This document shows, piece after piece, positions 40,427 to 49,528 of a stretch of DNA of 64,000 nucleotides; position 1 is the first letter of the stretch, and the number at the start of each line of letters is the position of its first letter. The stretch comes from an uncultured delta proteobacterium (GTDB taxonomy: Bacteria > Myxococcota_A > Polyangia > Fen-1088). Under the pieces are notes generated by a model. That model searched no databases, was not told where the DNA came from, and saw only the letters and a list, made by a program, of their open reading frames with translations. The stretch covers positions 394,082 to 458,081 of the forward strand of contig CAVWIP010000017.1 in the NCBI GenBank assembly GCA_963755125.1, given 5' to 3'. The position numbers were made by a program, and so were the translations under genes.

Positions 40427-41176
40427 CTATTCGATACGGCCCAGCAGACGGAGCAGGCCGTCGAGAATGCTGAGCGGGTGGGGCGGACAGCCAGGAAGGT
40501 AGAGATCCACCGGAATGTCGCCGGGGATGCCGTTGGCACAGGTGGATGAGCCGGCAAAAGGGCCGCCGCTGATGGCGCAGGCGCCGGCGGCAATCACCAG
40601 TTTGGGTTCCGGCACCGCCGCATAGGTCTCGCGCAACGCGAGCGCCATGTTGGTGGTGACGGGCCCGGTGACCACGATGCCGTCGGCGTGGCGAGGCGAG
40701 GCCACGAACTGGATGCCGAAGCGGCCGATGTCGAAGACCACGATGCCGGTGACATTGAGGTCGGCCTCGCAGGCGTTGCAGCCACCGGCCGAAACCTGGC
40801 GCAGCTTGAGCGAGCGACCGAAAATCTTGCGCATCTTTCGCTCGAGTGCGGCGGCCAGCTTCATCTCGCTGCCGGAAAGCACCAGGTCGCCGCGGGTGCG
40901 TGCGGCCAGGCGGAAGTCGTTAGTCGAAGTGATGGCACCGTCGTCGCAAGCCTCGGCACAGGCAGGGCAGAAGAGGCAGGCACCAAGATCCAGAGATAGG
41001 GGATCGGTCTCGATCGCGGCGGTTGGGCAGGCGTCGACGCAGCGATGACAGCCAGCCTGACACCGAGACGGATCCACGACCGGTCGGCCGCTGAATCGGT
41101 GCGAGAGTTCGCTCGGGCCCTTGGGAAAATCAATCGTCCGGTAGCCCTGGCGCAGTCGTTCCCAAAGGCGGTGCAT
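40427..41176 (-). CDS. 2x[4Fe-4S] + NuoB/HyfI-like small subunit fusion (EhrS-type)
   Basis: CQAGCHRCVDACP, CLFCPACAEAC, GGCNACE, ASPRHADG, GAC, PGCPP. Confidence 0.92.
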   Translation of the reverse strand: MHRLWERLRQGYRTIDFPKGPSELSHRFSGRPVVDPSRCQAGCHRCVDACPTAAIETDPLSLDLGACLFCPACAEACDDGAITSTNDFRLAARTRGDLVLSGSEMKLAAALERKMRKIFGRSLKLRQVSAGGCNACEADLNVTGIVVFDIGRFGIQFVASPRHADGIVVTGPVTTNMALALRETYAAVPEPKLVIAAGACAISGGPFAGSSTCANGIPGDIPVDLYLPGCPPHPLSILDGLLRLLGRIE

Positions 41177-42708
41177 CAGAGATCGTGCCCCGCGTACGAC
41201 AGGTTGAAGCTCTTGTTGCAGAGGGGGAAGTCGGAGATCTGGCCCCCGCGCATGGCCATGGCCAAACCCAGCCAATTGTGAAACGAAGGATCGACGATCT
41301 TGTAGAGGGCCAGCTTGCCCTTGTCGTCGGTGGCCGCCACATGCGCGATCTCGCCTCGCCAGCTCTCGACAAGTGTGACGGCCAGCGCGTGTGGCCGGGC
41401 ATTGCCGAGAGCGACAGCGCGTGCTCCCTCGGGCAACGCCTCAACCTGTTGGCGAACCAAGGCAATCGAGGATTCGGCCTCGCGCCGACGGATCTGAGCG
41501 CGCGCCATCACTCCGCCCGAGGACGCGGCGGCGGGCTCGATGCTGGTTCGGCAAAAGATCCCCACCGGATGGTCACGCCGCACGTCGCGGTTGCAGCCAC
41601 TGGCGCGGGCAGCAACGCCGACCAGGCCGAGTGTCTGGGCCATGGCGGTCATCACCACGCCGGTGCCCTCGAAACGTGACACCACGGCTGGGGTTTGAAA
41701 GACCACGTCCGCGATGTGGCGTAGGTCGGTGCCTGCGGCCTGCAAGCGGGCCAGAAAAGTCTCGCGGTCCGCTACTGGCAGGTCGAAACGCACGCCACCC
41801 GGAATGACCAGGCCGCGGCCAAAACGACTGCCGCACATCTCCAATGAGAGATTGAGAAACTCGCCGCGCAGTCGGCCGAACCAGGACGCGCCGGGCAGGT
41901 AGCCCACGTCGTTGCACAGAGCGCCGAGATCGCCGACATGGTTGGCCAGTCGCTCCAGTTCCAGGGCGATGCCTCGCATGGCCTCGGCTTGGGGCGGAGG
42001 CACGCTGCCTGTCAGCGCTTCCAGCGCCGTGCTGTACGCAAGACCATGCCCGACGCTGGTGTCGCCGGCGATGGTTTCGGCGATGGCCAGGCAGCGTGCA
42101 GGCGACGAGCGGAGCAACAGGGCTTCGGCGCCCCGGTGTTGATAGCCGAGCTGGATCTCCAGATGCAGGACGGTTTCCCCGTGGCACTGGAAGCGAAAGT
42201 GACCGGGCTCGATGATGCCTGCGTGTACGGGACCCACCGCTACCTCGTGCAGGCCCGCGCCCTCGACGCGGAAGAAGGGGTACGGGTCAGAACTGGCGTC
42301 TGTCTGCGCGGGCACCTCCAAATCGGCGTGGCGGCGCAGGGGTTTGGCCCAGGGGTGGCCCTCAGGAACGATGCCGTGCTCTTCCAGGATCTCGCGCTCG
42401 AAGGCCTGGGCCTGCGGCAGTTCGGGCGTCAGCGCCGGGTAGCGGCGATCGGCGGGAACTGGAGTGCGAAGCAGATGCAGCACCCCGCGCCCGTCGTCGG
42501 CCAGCACGGCCAGGATGCCGTCGCCGTCGGGCAGCACGACCATCGCCGTCAGGCGCGCGCCGGCCGCGCAGTTCTCTTTGATTGCGCGCCGGAAGGTCTC
42601 CACGGCGGTCAGGGGGATTTGGTCGATCGCCACAGCCTCTGCGTTGCGAACCGTGCGCATCGAGGTGGTCGCGGCTGAACCCGGAATCATGTCTGGAGTC
42701 ACGCCCAT
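41176..42708 (-). CDS. NuoC/D-like HyfG/HycE-related large subunit without NiFe ligands (EhrL-type)
   Basis: VGPVHAGIIEPGHFRF, LGYQHRG, ETIAGD in place of CxxC, ELERLANH, ends DFPLCNKSFNLSYAGHDL. Confidence 0.9.
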   Translation of the reverse strand: MGVTPDMIPGSAATTSMRTVRNAEAVAIDQIPLTAVETFRRAIKENCAAGARLTAMVVLPDGDGILAVLADDGRGVLHLLRTPVPADRRYPALTPELPQAQAFEREILEEHGIVPEGHPWAKPLRRHADLEVPAQTDASSDPYPFFRVEGAGLHEVAVGPVHAGIIEPGHFRFQCHGETVLHLEIQLGYQHRGAEALLLRSSPARCLAIAETIAGDTSVGHGLAYSTALEALTGSVPPPQAEAMRGIALELERLANHVGDLGALCNDVGYLPGASWFGRLRGEFLNLSLEMCGSRFGRGLVIPGGVRFDLPVADRETFLARLQAAGTDLRHIADVVFQTPAVVSRFEGTGVVMTAMAQTLGLVGVAARASGCNRDVRRDHPVGIFCRTSIEPAAASSGGVMARAQIRRREAESSIALVRQQVEALPEGARAVALGNARPHALAVTLVESWRGEIAHVAATDDKGKLALYKIVDPSFHNWLGLAMAMRGGQISDFPLCNKSFNLSYAGHDL

Positions 42709-44189
42709 CAGGGCACCGGCCTCACGATGCGGGCGGCTTGTTCCAAGATGTCGCGCAGGGGCTGCGGCATCCACAGGCCGAGCAGCGCCAGCAGGGTCAG
42801 CGGCAGGATCACCACGACCCCGTCGAGAAGTCCCGCCTTTTCGGCCATGCCGTCGCGTGGAGGCTGGCCCCACGCCATGGCCATGGCGTGGCCGAACATG
42901 CCGATGAAAGCTGTGCCGGCTGCAGCCAGGAAGGCCACCAGCACCACGATGGCGCGAACATTCACGGCCGCTTTCACGGTCAGAAGCTCGCTCATGAAGG
43001 TCCCCGAGGGCACCACACCGATGAGGCCCAGCAGACCCAGCAGGAGTCCCGCTCCCCACAGCGGCGCTGCGCGCAGGGTGCCTCGCAACGATTTCATCTC
43101 GTGCGTCCCGTAGACCTGGCCCAGCCGGCCCGCGCAGAAGAAGCCCACCGTCTTGCCCAGGGAATGATTGGCGGCGTGGAACATGGCTGCAAAGGTTCCC
43201 AGCCCGCCCAGGCCCAGCCCGACCGCGATGATTCCCAAATGCTCGACGCTGCAGTAGGCGAGCATGCGCTTGGCATCGCGCTGAAAGAGAATGAAGGCGG
43301 CCGCGACCAGCATGGAGATCACGCCAAGCAGAGCCAGCAGCCGCAGCGCCCAGCCTGTCCCGCCGGTGGCGGCCTCCACCACCGGGACGTAGCGCATGAT
43401 GCAGTAGAGGGCGGTGTTGAGCATCACGCCCGAGAAGATGGCGGACACCGGCGCGGGAGCCTGGCTGTGGGCGTCGGGCAGCCAGGTGTGCATGGGGGCA
43501 AGGCCCACCTTGGTGCCGTAGCCGACCAGCAGAAACAGGAACCCGATCTTGAGCGGCGCGGGATCGAGCAGGGGCGCCACCTCGCGCAGCCGCGTCCACA
43601 GCATGGCGTCCGAGGGAGAAGCCAGTGCGCGCGTGGCAGAGGCGCCCACCAGCAGCGTGCCCATGAAGGCGATGGCGATGCCGACCGAGCAGATCACCAG
43701 GTACTTCCAGGTCGCTTCCAGCGATTCCCGCGAACGGTGAAGTCCGATGAGGAAGGTCGTCACCAGCGTCGTCGATTCGATGCCAACCCACATGAGCCCG
43801 AGGTGGTTGGATACCAGCACCAGGGTCATGGCAGCCAGCGAGCCAAACCACAGGGCGCCGAAGCGGCGTGCGCTGCGACGATCCAGAGCGTGCGGGCCAC
43901 GGCGAAAGTAGCGACCCGCAAACACCGTGCTCAGCGCGAACACCAGCGCCAAGAGCAATAAATGATAGGCGGAAAGCGCGTCGACGAACAGCCAGCCGCC
44001 GAGCGCATTCCGCGATCCGCCGCCAAATACCGTGGCAGCCAGGTATGCCGCAGCCAGCGCTGTCACGAGCACGCCGGCTGTGAGCACCGCCAGCACGGCG
44101 CGCGCTGATGTCAAGAGCAGGCACAGACCCGCACCGGCGACGGGCATGGCCAGAACCGCAACCAGCAGAATCGCCGACGGGTCCACCAT
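42708..44189 (-). CDS. hyfF: HyfF-like proton-translocating membrane subunit
   Basis: LEATWKY, GYGTKVGLAPMHTWLPDAHSQAP, KRMLAYCSVEH. Confidence 0.85.
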   Translation of the reverse strand: MVDPSAILLVAVLAMPVAGAGLCLLLTSARAVLAVLTAGVLVTALAAAYLAATVFGGGSRNALGGWLFVDALSAYHLLLLALVFALSTVFAGRYFRRGPHALDRRSARRFGALWFGSLAAMTLVLVSNHLGLMWVGIESTTLVTTFLIGLHRSRESLEATWKYLVICSVGIAIAFMGTLLVGASATRALASPSDAMLWTRLREVAPLLDPAPLKIGFLFLLVGYGTKVGLAPMHTWLPDAHSQAPAPVSAIFSGVMLNTALYCIMRYVPVVEAATGGTGWALRLLALLGVISMLVAAAFILFQRDAKRMLAYCSVEHLGIIAVGLGLGGLGTFAAMFHAANHSLGKTVGFFCAGRLGQVYGTHEMKSLRGTLRAAPLWGAGLLLGLLGLIGVVPSGTFMSELLTVKAAVNVRAIVVLVAFLAAAGTAFIGMFGHAMAMAWGQPPRDGMAEKAGLLDGVVVILPLTLLALLGLWMPQPLRDILEQAARIVRPVP

Positions 44190-44842
44190 CACCCCTTGAG
44201 CAGATTGAGCTGATCCACGTCGATGTGATCGAACTCGCGGTTGATCTGGTGGATTACGATGCCCATCACGAAGACGCCGACCAGCAGGTCAAGAAGCAAG
44301 CCCAGTTCGACGACAAAAGGCATCTGTGCGGCCAGACTTTGGCCGAAGACATAGGCGCCGTTCTCGATGAGTAGATATCCGATCACCTGCGTGATGGCCT
44401 TGCGCCGGCTGACCAGCACGAGGAAACCGATGAGGAAGGTGGCGAAGGCGGTGGGGACGAACAGGTGCGTGGTTCCGGCGACGGGCAGGGCCAGGACGGT
44501 GGCCAGCCAGAACGAGATCCCGACCAGCACGCCGGCCAGCAGCACCGAGAGGTGCAGACTGACAAACGGCTCGACGTCGCGACGCACGCCCGCATCGCGC
44601 AGGGCGCGCATGAGCAAGCGCGGAATGAAAATGGCTTTGAACGCCAGCGCACTGGCGGCCATGACCAGGACGTGGACCAGATGGGGGGAAGGCGTTTCCA
44701 GGTAGTGCACCACGGGCAGCAGCGCCAGTGTCGCCCCTTGCAAGGCCGAGGCGCGCACACACGCCGCCAGACGGCTGGTGTAGACGACATAGAGGTCGAG
44801 CACGAGTACCGCGAGCAAAAGCAGGTCGGCGTATCCGGTCAC
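44189..44842 (-). CDS. hyfE: HyfE-like membrane subunit
   Basis: LQG, KAIFIP, QVIGYLLIENG, VVELG..LD. Confidence 0.85.
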   Translation of the reverse strand: MTGYADLLLLAVLVLDLYVVYTSRLAACVRASALQGATLALLPVVHYLETPSPHLVHVLVMAASALAFKAIFIPRLLMRALRDAGVRRDVEPFVSLHLSVLLAGVLVGISFWLATVLALPVAGTTHLFVPTAFATFLIGFLVLVSRRKAITQVIGYLLIENGAYVFGQSLAAQMPFVVELGLLLDLLVGVFVMGIVIHQINREFDHIDVDQLNLLKG

Positions 44843-45756
44843 GGCGTGCCTCGATAAAGCAGCACGGCCAAGCCCAGGGCCGCGATCACCGAGGCCCCGA
44901 CCAGAAATTGCGGCACCCTGAGCAGGCGGATGCGCGCGGTCACCGACTCGACGATGCCCACCAGCACGGCCACGGCCACGGCTCCGGCCACGAAGACACC
45001 CGCGCCCAGTGCGCCCCCGGCCGGCGGAACTGGAAGCACCATGTGCACGAGCAAGCTGGCGAAGAGAAACAATTTGACCGCGCTGCCGTAGAGCACGAAG
45101 GCCAGGTCAGGGCCACCGTGATCCAGCACCATCGCTTCGTGGATCATGGTCAGCTCCAGGTGGGTGGTGGGATCGTCGATGGGGATGCGCGAGTTCTCCG
45201 CCAGCAGCACCCCGAACAGGGCCACCGCGGCCGCGGGCAGGGCCGGGTGTGCCGGGCCCCAAGTTTGCCACGGCGAGGCCCACGCCTCGGCGAACGAGAC
45301 ACTGCCCGCGGGCACGCAGACGATGGCCAGCACCAGGAAGAGAGCAGGCTCCGCCAGAGCCGAGAAGGCGGCCTCGCGGCTTGCCCCCATGCCCTCGAAG
45401 CTGGACCCGGTGTCGAGCGCGGCGGCCATGGTGAAAAAGCGGCCGAGCCCGAGCAGATAGGCGAAGAGAATGACGTCGCCAGAAAAGCCGAGCGGCGAGG
45501 CCGCGGCGCCGAGTGGAGTCAGAAGCCCGGCCGCCAGCGCGGAGGCCAGGGTCACGATGGGACCGGCGCGGAAGAGCCAGGTCGTGGTCCGGCTGTAAAC
45601 CGCGCCCTTGCGCAGAAGCTTCCACAGGTCGAAATACGGCTGCCAGAGTGGCGCTCCCTTGCGGCCGGCGAACCAGGACTTGGTGCGGATGATGATGCCG
45701 ACGAGCAGGGGCGGCAGCGCGAGCAAAAGGCAGAGGTGAAGGATGATCGCCGTCAT
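44839..45756 (-). CDS. hyfC: HyfC/HycD (NuoH-like) membrane subunit
   Basis: GRKGAPLWQPYFDLWKLLRK, GMGASRE, ENSRIPIDDPTTHLELTMIHEAM. Confidence 0.88.
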   Translation of the reverse strand: MTAIILHLCLLLALPPLLVGIIIRTKSWFAGRKGAPLWQPYFDLWKLLRKGAVYSRTTTWLFRAGPIVTLASALAAGLLTPLGAAASPLGFSGDVILFAYLLGLGRFFTMAAALDTGSSFEGMGASREAAFSALAEPALFLVLAIVCVPAGSVSFAEAWASPWQTWGPAHPALPAAAVALFGVLLAENSRIPIDDPTTHLELTMIHEAMVLDHGGPDLAFVLYGSAVKLFLFASLLVHMVLPVPPAGGALGAGVFVAGAVAVAVLVGIVESVTARIRLLRVPQFLVGASVIAALGLAVLLYRGTP

Positions 45757-45757
45757 G

Positions 45758-47719
45758 TCAGTGCCTCATGGCTCCGGACAATTGCCACAGGACCAGCGCC
45801 ACCAGGGTTGCCAGGACGTAGACCAGATAGAGCTGCATGCGACCGTGCTGGATCACTCTCAGTCGCCGGGCTGTGTGCAGAAAGCGGCGCCAGGCCGGCA
45901 CCAGCACGCGCTCGCCCGCCATGTCGCCCACGTGTTTTTCAAAGTGGGCCAGCGCGGGAAAGATCCCGGCGGGCAGCCCGCCGTGGGTCCGGATCTGCAG
46001 CGCACTGGAGAAGGGCGCGAGCACGGGCTCCGCGAACGAGGTGGCCGTGTACTGCATACGCGGCGTCGCGTGGGGGTAGCCGCAGCCCCAGGTCGCGGCT
46101 CGGCCGATGGGGCGCTGCTTGAGCAACCGGGCTCGCAGCCAGGCCAGCGCGCCGATCAAGCAGACAAGAACCGCGGCCAGCAAGCTGAGGTGGAAAAGCG
46201 CGCCCAGGTCGGCTGGCATGGCTGCCCCGCTCAGCTTGACCGCCACGGGCGCCACCAGAGCGACCGCGCCGGCGGGCCACAGGCCGATGGCCAAACAAGC
46301 CAGGGCCGCGATCAGCATGGGTGCGCGCATGGCAAGTCCGACTTCGTGGGCGTGCCGGGAGTGGTCGCTGCGCGGCTCGCCGAGAAACACCACACCAAAG
46401 ACCTTGACGAAGCACGCCGCCGCCAAGCCGCCGATGAGGGCCAACGCCGGCAAGGTGACCAGCGCCACCACCGCGCCGCTCGCGGGCAGGGTGGCCCCGC
46501 CGCGGAAAGCACCCAGGTAGATCAGCCATTCGCTGACGAAGCCGTTGAGCGGGGGCAGGCCACAGATAGCGACGGAACCCACCAGAAATGCCGTCCCGGT
46601 CGTCGGCATCCGTCGGTAGAGGCCGCCCAGCGATTCCAGGTGCCGCGTGCCCGAGCCGTGCAGCACGCTGCCCGCGCCCTGAAAAAGCAGCCCCTTGAAC
46701 AGACCGTGATTGAGCGTGTGCAGGAGCGCGCCTGCGTAGCCGAGCGTGGCAAGCGTGGGGTTGCCATAGCGCTGGCCCAGAAGGCTGATCCCGATGCCCA
46801 GGGCGATGATGCCGATGTTCTCCACGCTGTGATAGGCAAGCAGGCGCTTGAGATCGTGCTGGGCCAGCGCGTGCAACACGCCCGCCACCCCTGAGACCGC
46901 GCCCACCAGGATGAAAACTGCGCCCCACCAGGCGGGAGGCGGCCCCAGAAAAGGCAACACGCGCAGCAGGCCGTAGATGCCCATCTTGATCATCACGCCC
47001 GACATCACCGCAGAGACGTGACTGGGCGCCGCCGGGTGAGCGTCGGGCAGCCAGATGTGCATCGGCCAAAAACCGGCCTTGGTGCCGAAGCCGCCTACGG
47101 CGAGCAGGAAGGCAGCGCTGCCCAGCCCCGCCGCGCTCGCCCCGAATTTTTCCATCGCGGCAAAGTCGAAACTGCCTGCCTCGCGCGCCAGCAAGGAGAA
47201 CAGAGCGAAGAGCAGGATCGCGCCCGCGTGGGATGCGATGAGATAGGTCGTGCCCGCGCGCCGGACTTCATCGCGGTCGTCCTCGAAAGTCACCAGGAAG
47301 AACGACGAGAGAGACATGATTTCCCACGAGAGCAGGAACACCACCCCGTCGCGCGCCAGCACCACGCCTAGCATGGCGGCCAGCAGCAGGTTGAAGAAGA
47401 CGAGGGCCGGCGCGATCCGCCGCTTTCCCAAGTAGCTGCGCAGATAGCCCGCGCCGTAGACCGCGGCCAGGCCCGACACAACACAGATGCACAGGGCAAA
47501 GAACGCGGAAAGCGGATCGATGCCCACGCGCAACTCGCCGATGGGCAGCGAGAACGGAGCGCTCCAGAGCGGCGAGACACCGCCGCGCAGGGCCAGCAGC
47601 GAAGCCCCTGCGCCCACCAACGAGGCCGCGACGGCACCTGCGGTCCCCACCACCAAGGCGATCCGATCCCTGCGCCCCAACATCGCGGCCAACAGCGCGC
47701 TTCCGGTCAGAAGCGCCAT
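45758..47719 (-). CDS. hyfB: HyfB-like (NuoL-like) membrane subunit; start may lie a few codons upstream
   Basis: WEIMSLSSF, HIWLPDAHPAAPSHVSA, KRLLAYHSVENIG, PPLNGFVSEW, TWGCGY. Confidence 0.88.
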   Translation of the reverse strand: MALLTGSALLAAMLGRRDRIALVVGTAGAVAASLVGAGASLLALRGGVSPLWSAPFSLPIGELRVGIDPLSAFFALCICVVSGLAAVYGAGYLRSYLGKRRIAPALVFFNLLLAAMLGVVLARDGVVFLLSWEIMSLSSFFLVTFEDDRDEVRRAGTTYLIASHAGAILLFALFSLLAREAGSFDFAAMEKFGASAAGLGSAAFLLAVGGFGTKAGFWPMHIWLPDAHPAAPSHVSAVMSGVMIKMGIYGLLRVLPFLGPPPAWWGAVFILVGAVSGVAGVLHALAQHDLKRLLAYHSVENIGIIALGIGISLLGQRYGNPTLATLGYAGALLHTLNHGLFKGLLFQGAGSVLHGSGTRHLESLGGLYRRMPTTGTAFLVGSVAICGLPPLNGFVSEWLIYLGAFRGGATLPASGAVVALVTLPALALIGGLAAACFVKVFGVVFLGEPRSDHSRHAHEVGLAMRAPMLIAALACLAIGLWPAGAVALVAPVAVKLSGAAMPADLGALFHLSLLAAVLVCLIGALAWLRARLLKQRPIGRAATWGCGYPHATPRMQYTATSFAEPVLAPFSSALQIRTHGGLPAGIFPALAHFEKHVGDMAGERVLVPAWRRFLHTARRLRVIQHGRMQLYLVYVLATLVALVLWQLSGAMRH

Positions 47720-47913
47720 CGAGATGAGAATGAGTTGCAGAGAAATCGACGGTGCTTCCTTGAAAACGAAGGTACTTGTACGCCAAGCCGCGGGCCTGTC
47801 AAGCGATCAATGAGGTTGCGCTGTGGAACACGCATTCGCGGACCATGAAGCGCGATGCGCAGGGAACGACAGCGCGGTCTTGGCGTCGGCGGACGGCGAC
47901 GGCGGTGGGAACG

Positions 47914-48465
47914 CTAGCGGACTCGGCCCTTGGCCTCGAGAGCGGTTTCCACCAGCCTGATCTCGACCATCAGATCGCTGGCCATGCGCTCCAGCCCTGC
48001 GCGCAGGCGGGCCACGTCAGCGTGGGGAGGCAAGCGGACGCGGGTCTTGGCGGAGAAGAGCATCTCGCCCGACATGGGCGCGCTGGAACGGTTGGTCGAT
48101 AGCTCCTCCACGTTGGCGCCGCTGCGGGCCAGGATCTGCGAGATCTCGCGCACGATTCCCGGCCGGTCGAGCCCGACCAGTTCCAGATCCATGGTACGCG
48201 CCTGGTCGGGCGCTGGTTGTTCGCTGCCGTCGCTCGGCTCGGCGACCACGCGCAGGCCGCGCTCCTGCAAGGTGGCCAGCGCCGCGGAGAGCGGCACGAC
48301 CTGGACGGTCGGGATCTCGACGCGCAGGATGCCGGCGAATTTCCCGGCCAGATGGGCCATGCGGCTTTCCAGCCAGTTGCCGCCGTGGCCGGCGATCACC
48401 TCGGCCACCGCCTCGACCAGGCCGGGTCGATCGGACCCGATGAGCGTGAGAACCAGATCGGTCAT
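47914..48465 (-). CDS. tandem ACT-domain protein (GcvR-like)
   Basis: IGSDRPGLV...GNWLESRM; VGLDRPGIV...ANVEEL. Confidence 0.88.
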   Translation of the reverse strand: MTDLVLTLIGSDRPGLVEAVAEVIAGHGGNWLESRMAHLAGKFAGILRVEIPTVQVVPLSAALATLQERGLRVVAEPSDGSEQPAPDQARTMDLELVGLDRPGIVREISQILARSGANVEELSTNRSSAPMSGEMLFSAKTRVRLPPHADVARLRAGLERMASDLMVEIRLVETALEAKGRVR

Positions 48466-48476
48466 GGAAGTACTCC

Positions 48477-48887
48477 TCACGAAAGAATGAACAGGGCGTA
48501 GCAGCCCAGGCCCACCTCGATGGCGAGAAGAAGCAAAGAGGTTCCGTGCAGGCGCTCAAACGCGCGGCGCTCCTCGTTGCTGGCCGGGGCATTGGCGTCG
48601 TGTACGCGACTGCGCATGGCGCGCGCAGCCGGACCCACGGCGAACGAGGCGATGAGGCGCAAGCCGGTCATCACCGCGAGCGCCGCCAGCAGGTGGCCCG
48701 AGGGCCAGGCCTGGCCGACAGCCGCGAGCACGCCCAGCGCCACGATGAGCAAGGCCAGCGCGCCCAGAAGCACGCGGTCGGCGCGCGCCAGCATGGGCGC
48801 CGCCATCTCGTGCGCCTGGGGTCGCTCCAGCGATCGGAAGAGGGCCGGCACCATGACCAGCGCGCCCAGGGCCAAGCCTATCCACAC
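48477..48887 (-). CDS. DUF4149-like membrane protein (start probably further upstream)
   Basis: Hydrophobic helices; C-terminal RAFERLHGTS motif. Confidence 0.65.
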   Translation of the reverse strand: MWIGLALGALVMVPALFRSLERPQAHEMAAPMLARADRVLLGALALLIVALGVLAAVGQAWPSGHLLAALAVMTGLRLIASFAVGPAARAMRSRVHDANAPASNEERRAFERLHGTSLLLLAIEVGLGCYALFILS

Positions 48888-48954
48888 CGTCAGCCCCAGC
48901 AGAGCGCCGAAGCGACCGCCGACAATCAGGGCGTGGGAGAGCGATGAAGACAGG

Positions 48955-49431
48955 TCAGACCTTCAGGTGAAGGGCCATGTTCTTTTCCAGCGACTCGCTG
49001 CAGGCGTCGACCACGAGTTGCCAGATGTTGCGCATCTGAGCTTCAATGACCGTACCGTCGGCCTCATCTTCCTCTTCGTCATCTTCGTCGTCGTTCTCTT
49101 CCTCGAAATCGTCGTCCTCGATGGCCAGCTCTTCCTTCATTTCTTCCAGCGTGTCCGACAGGGAGACCGCCGAAGCCACCCGCAGGTCGCCCACGTGCAG
49201 ACGCCCGTCGAACTCTACCGGCAGATAGATGTCGGCCGCCATGTCGTGGGCTTCCAGGCGGTCGAGAAACTCGGTCATCGCGTCTTCGGACAGGCGCTTG
49301 GCGATGGTATGGGTGGTGTGGTCGTCACCCGCCGGCAAGCGGGCACCCGCATGATCCAGCTGTTTGCGCAGCGCCTTCATCTCGTCATCGTCAAGGCGAT
49401 CGGAAAGGGGACCGAGCTCGATTTCAGCCAT
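48955..49431 (-). CDS. hypothetical acidic protein
   Basis: MAEIELGPLSDRL...DIYLPVEFDG...poly-D/E tract. Confidence 0.7.
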   Translation of the reverse strand: MAEIELGPLSDRLDDDEMKALRKQLDHAGARLPAGDDHTTHTIAKRLSEDAMTEFLDRLEAHDMAADIYLPVEFDGRLHVGDLRVASAVSLSDTLEEMKEELAIEDDDFEEENDDEDDEEEDEADGTVIEAQMRNIWQLVVDACSESLEKNMALHLKV

Positions 49432-49528
49432 GGGCCATACGGTGCCGCAGCCAAAGCCATCCGTCAACGTCCGCCGATTCATCCGGTCGACATTCCGGCA
49501 TCCAACGGGTATGGAATCGTCACGTGCC

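Noticed and set aside
41176..44124. 982-aa ORF as a single protein
   Set aside because: The N-terminal ~470 aa is an off-frame shadow of hyfF; the real gene starts at 42708
40427..47719. Functional NiFe hydrogenase / formate hydrogenlyase
   Set aside because: Large subunit lacks both CxxC Ni-binding motifs; no maturation or fdh genes nearby
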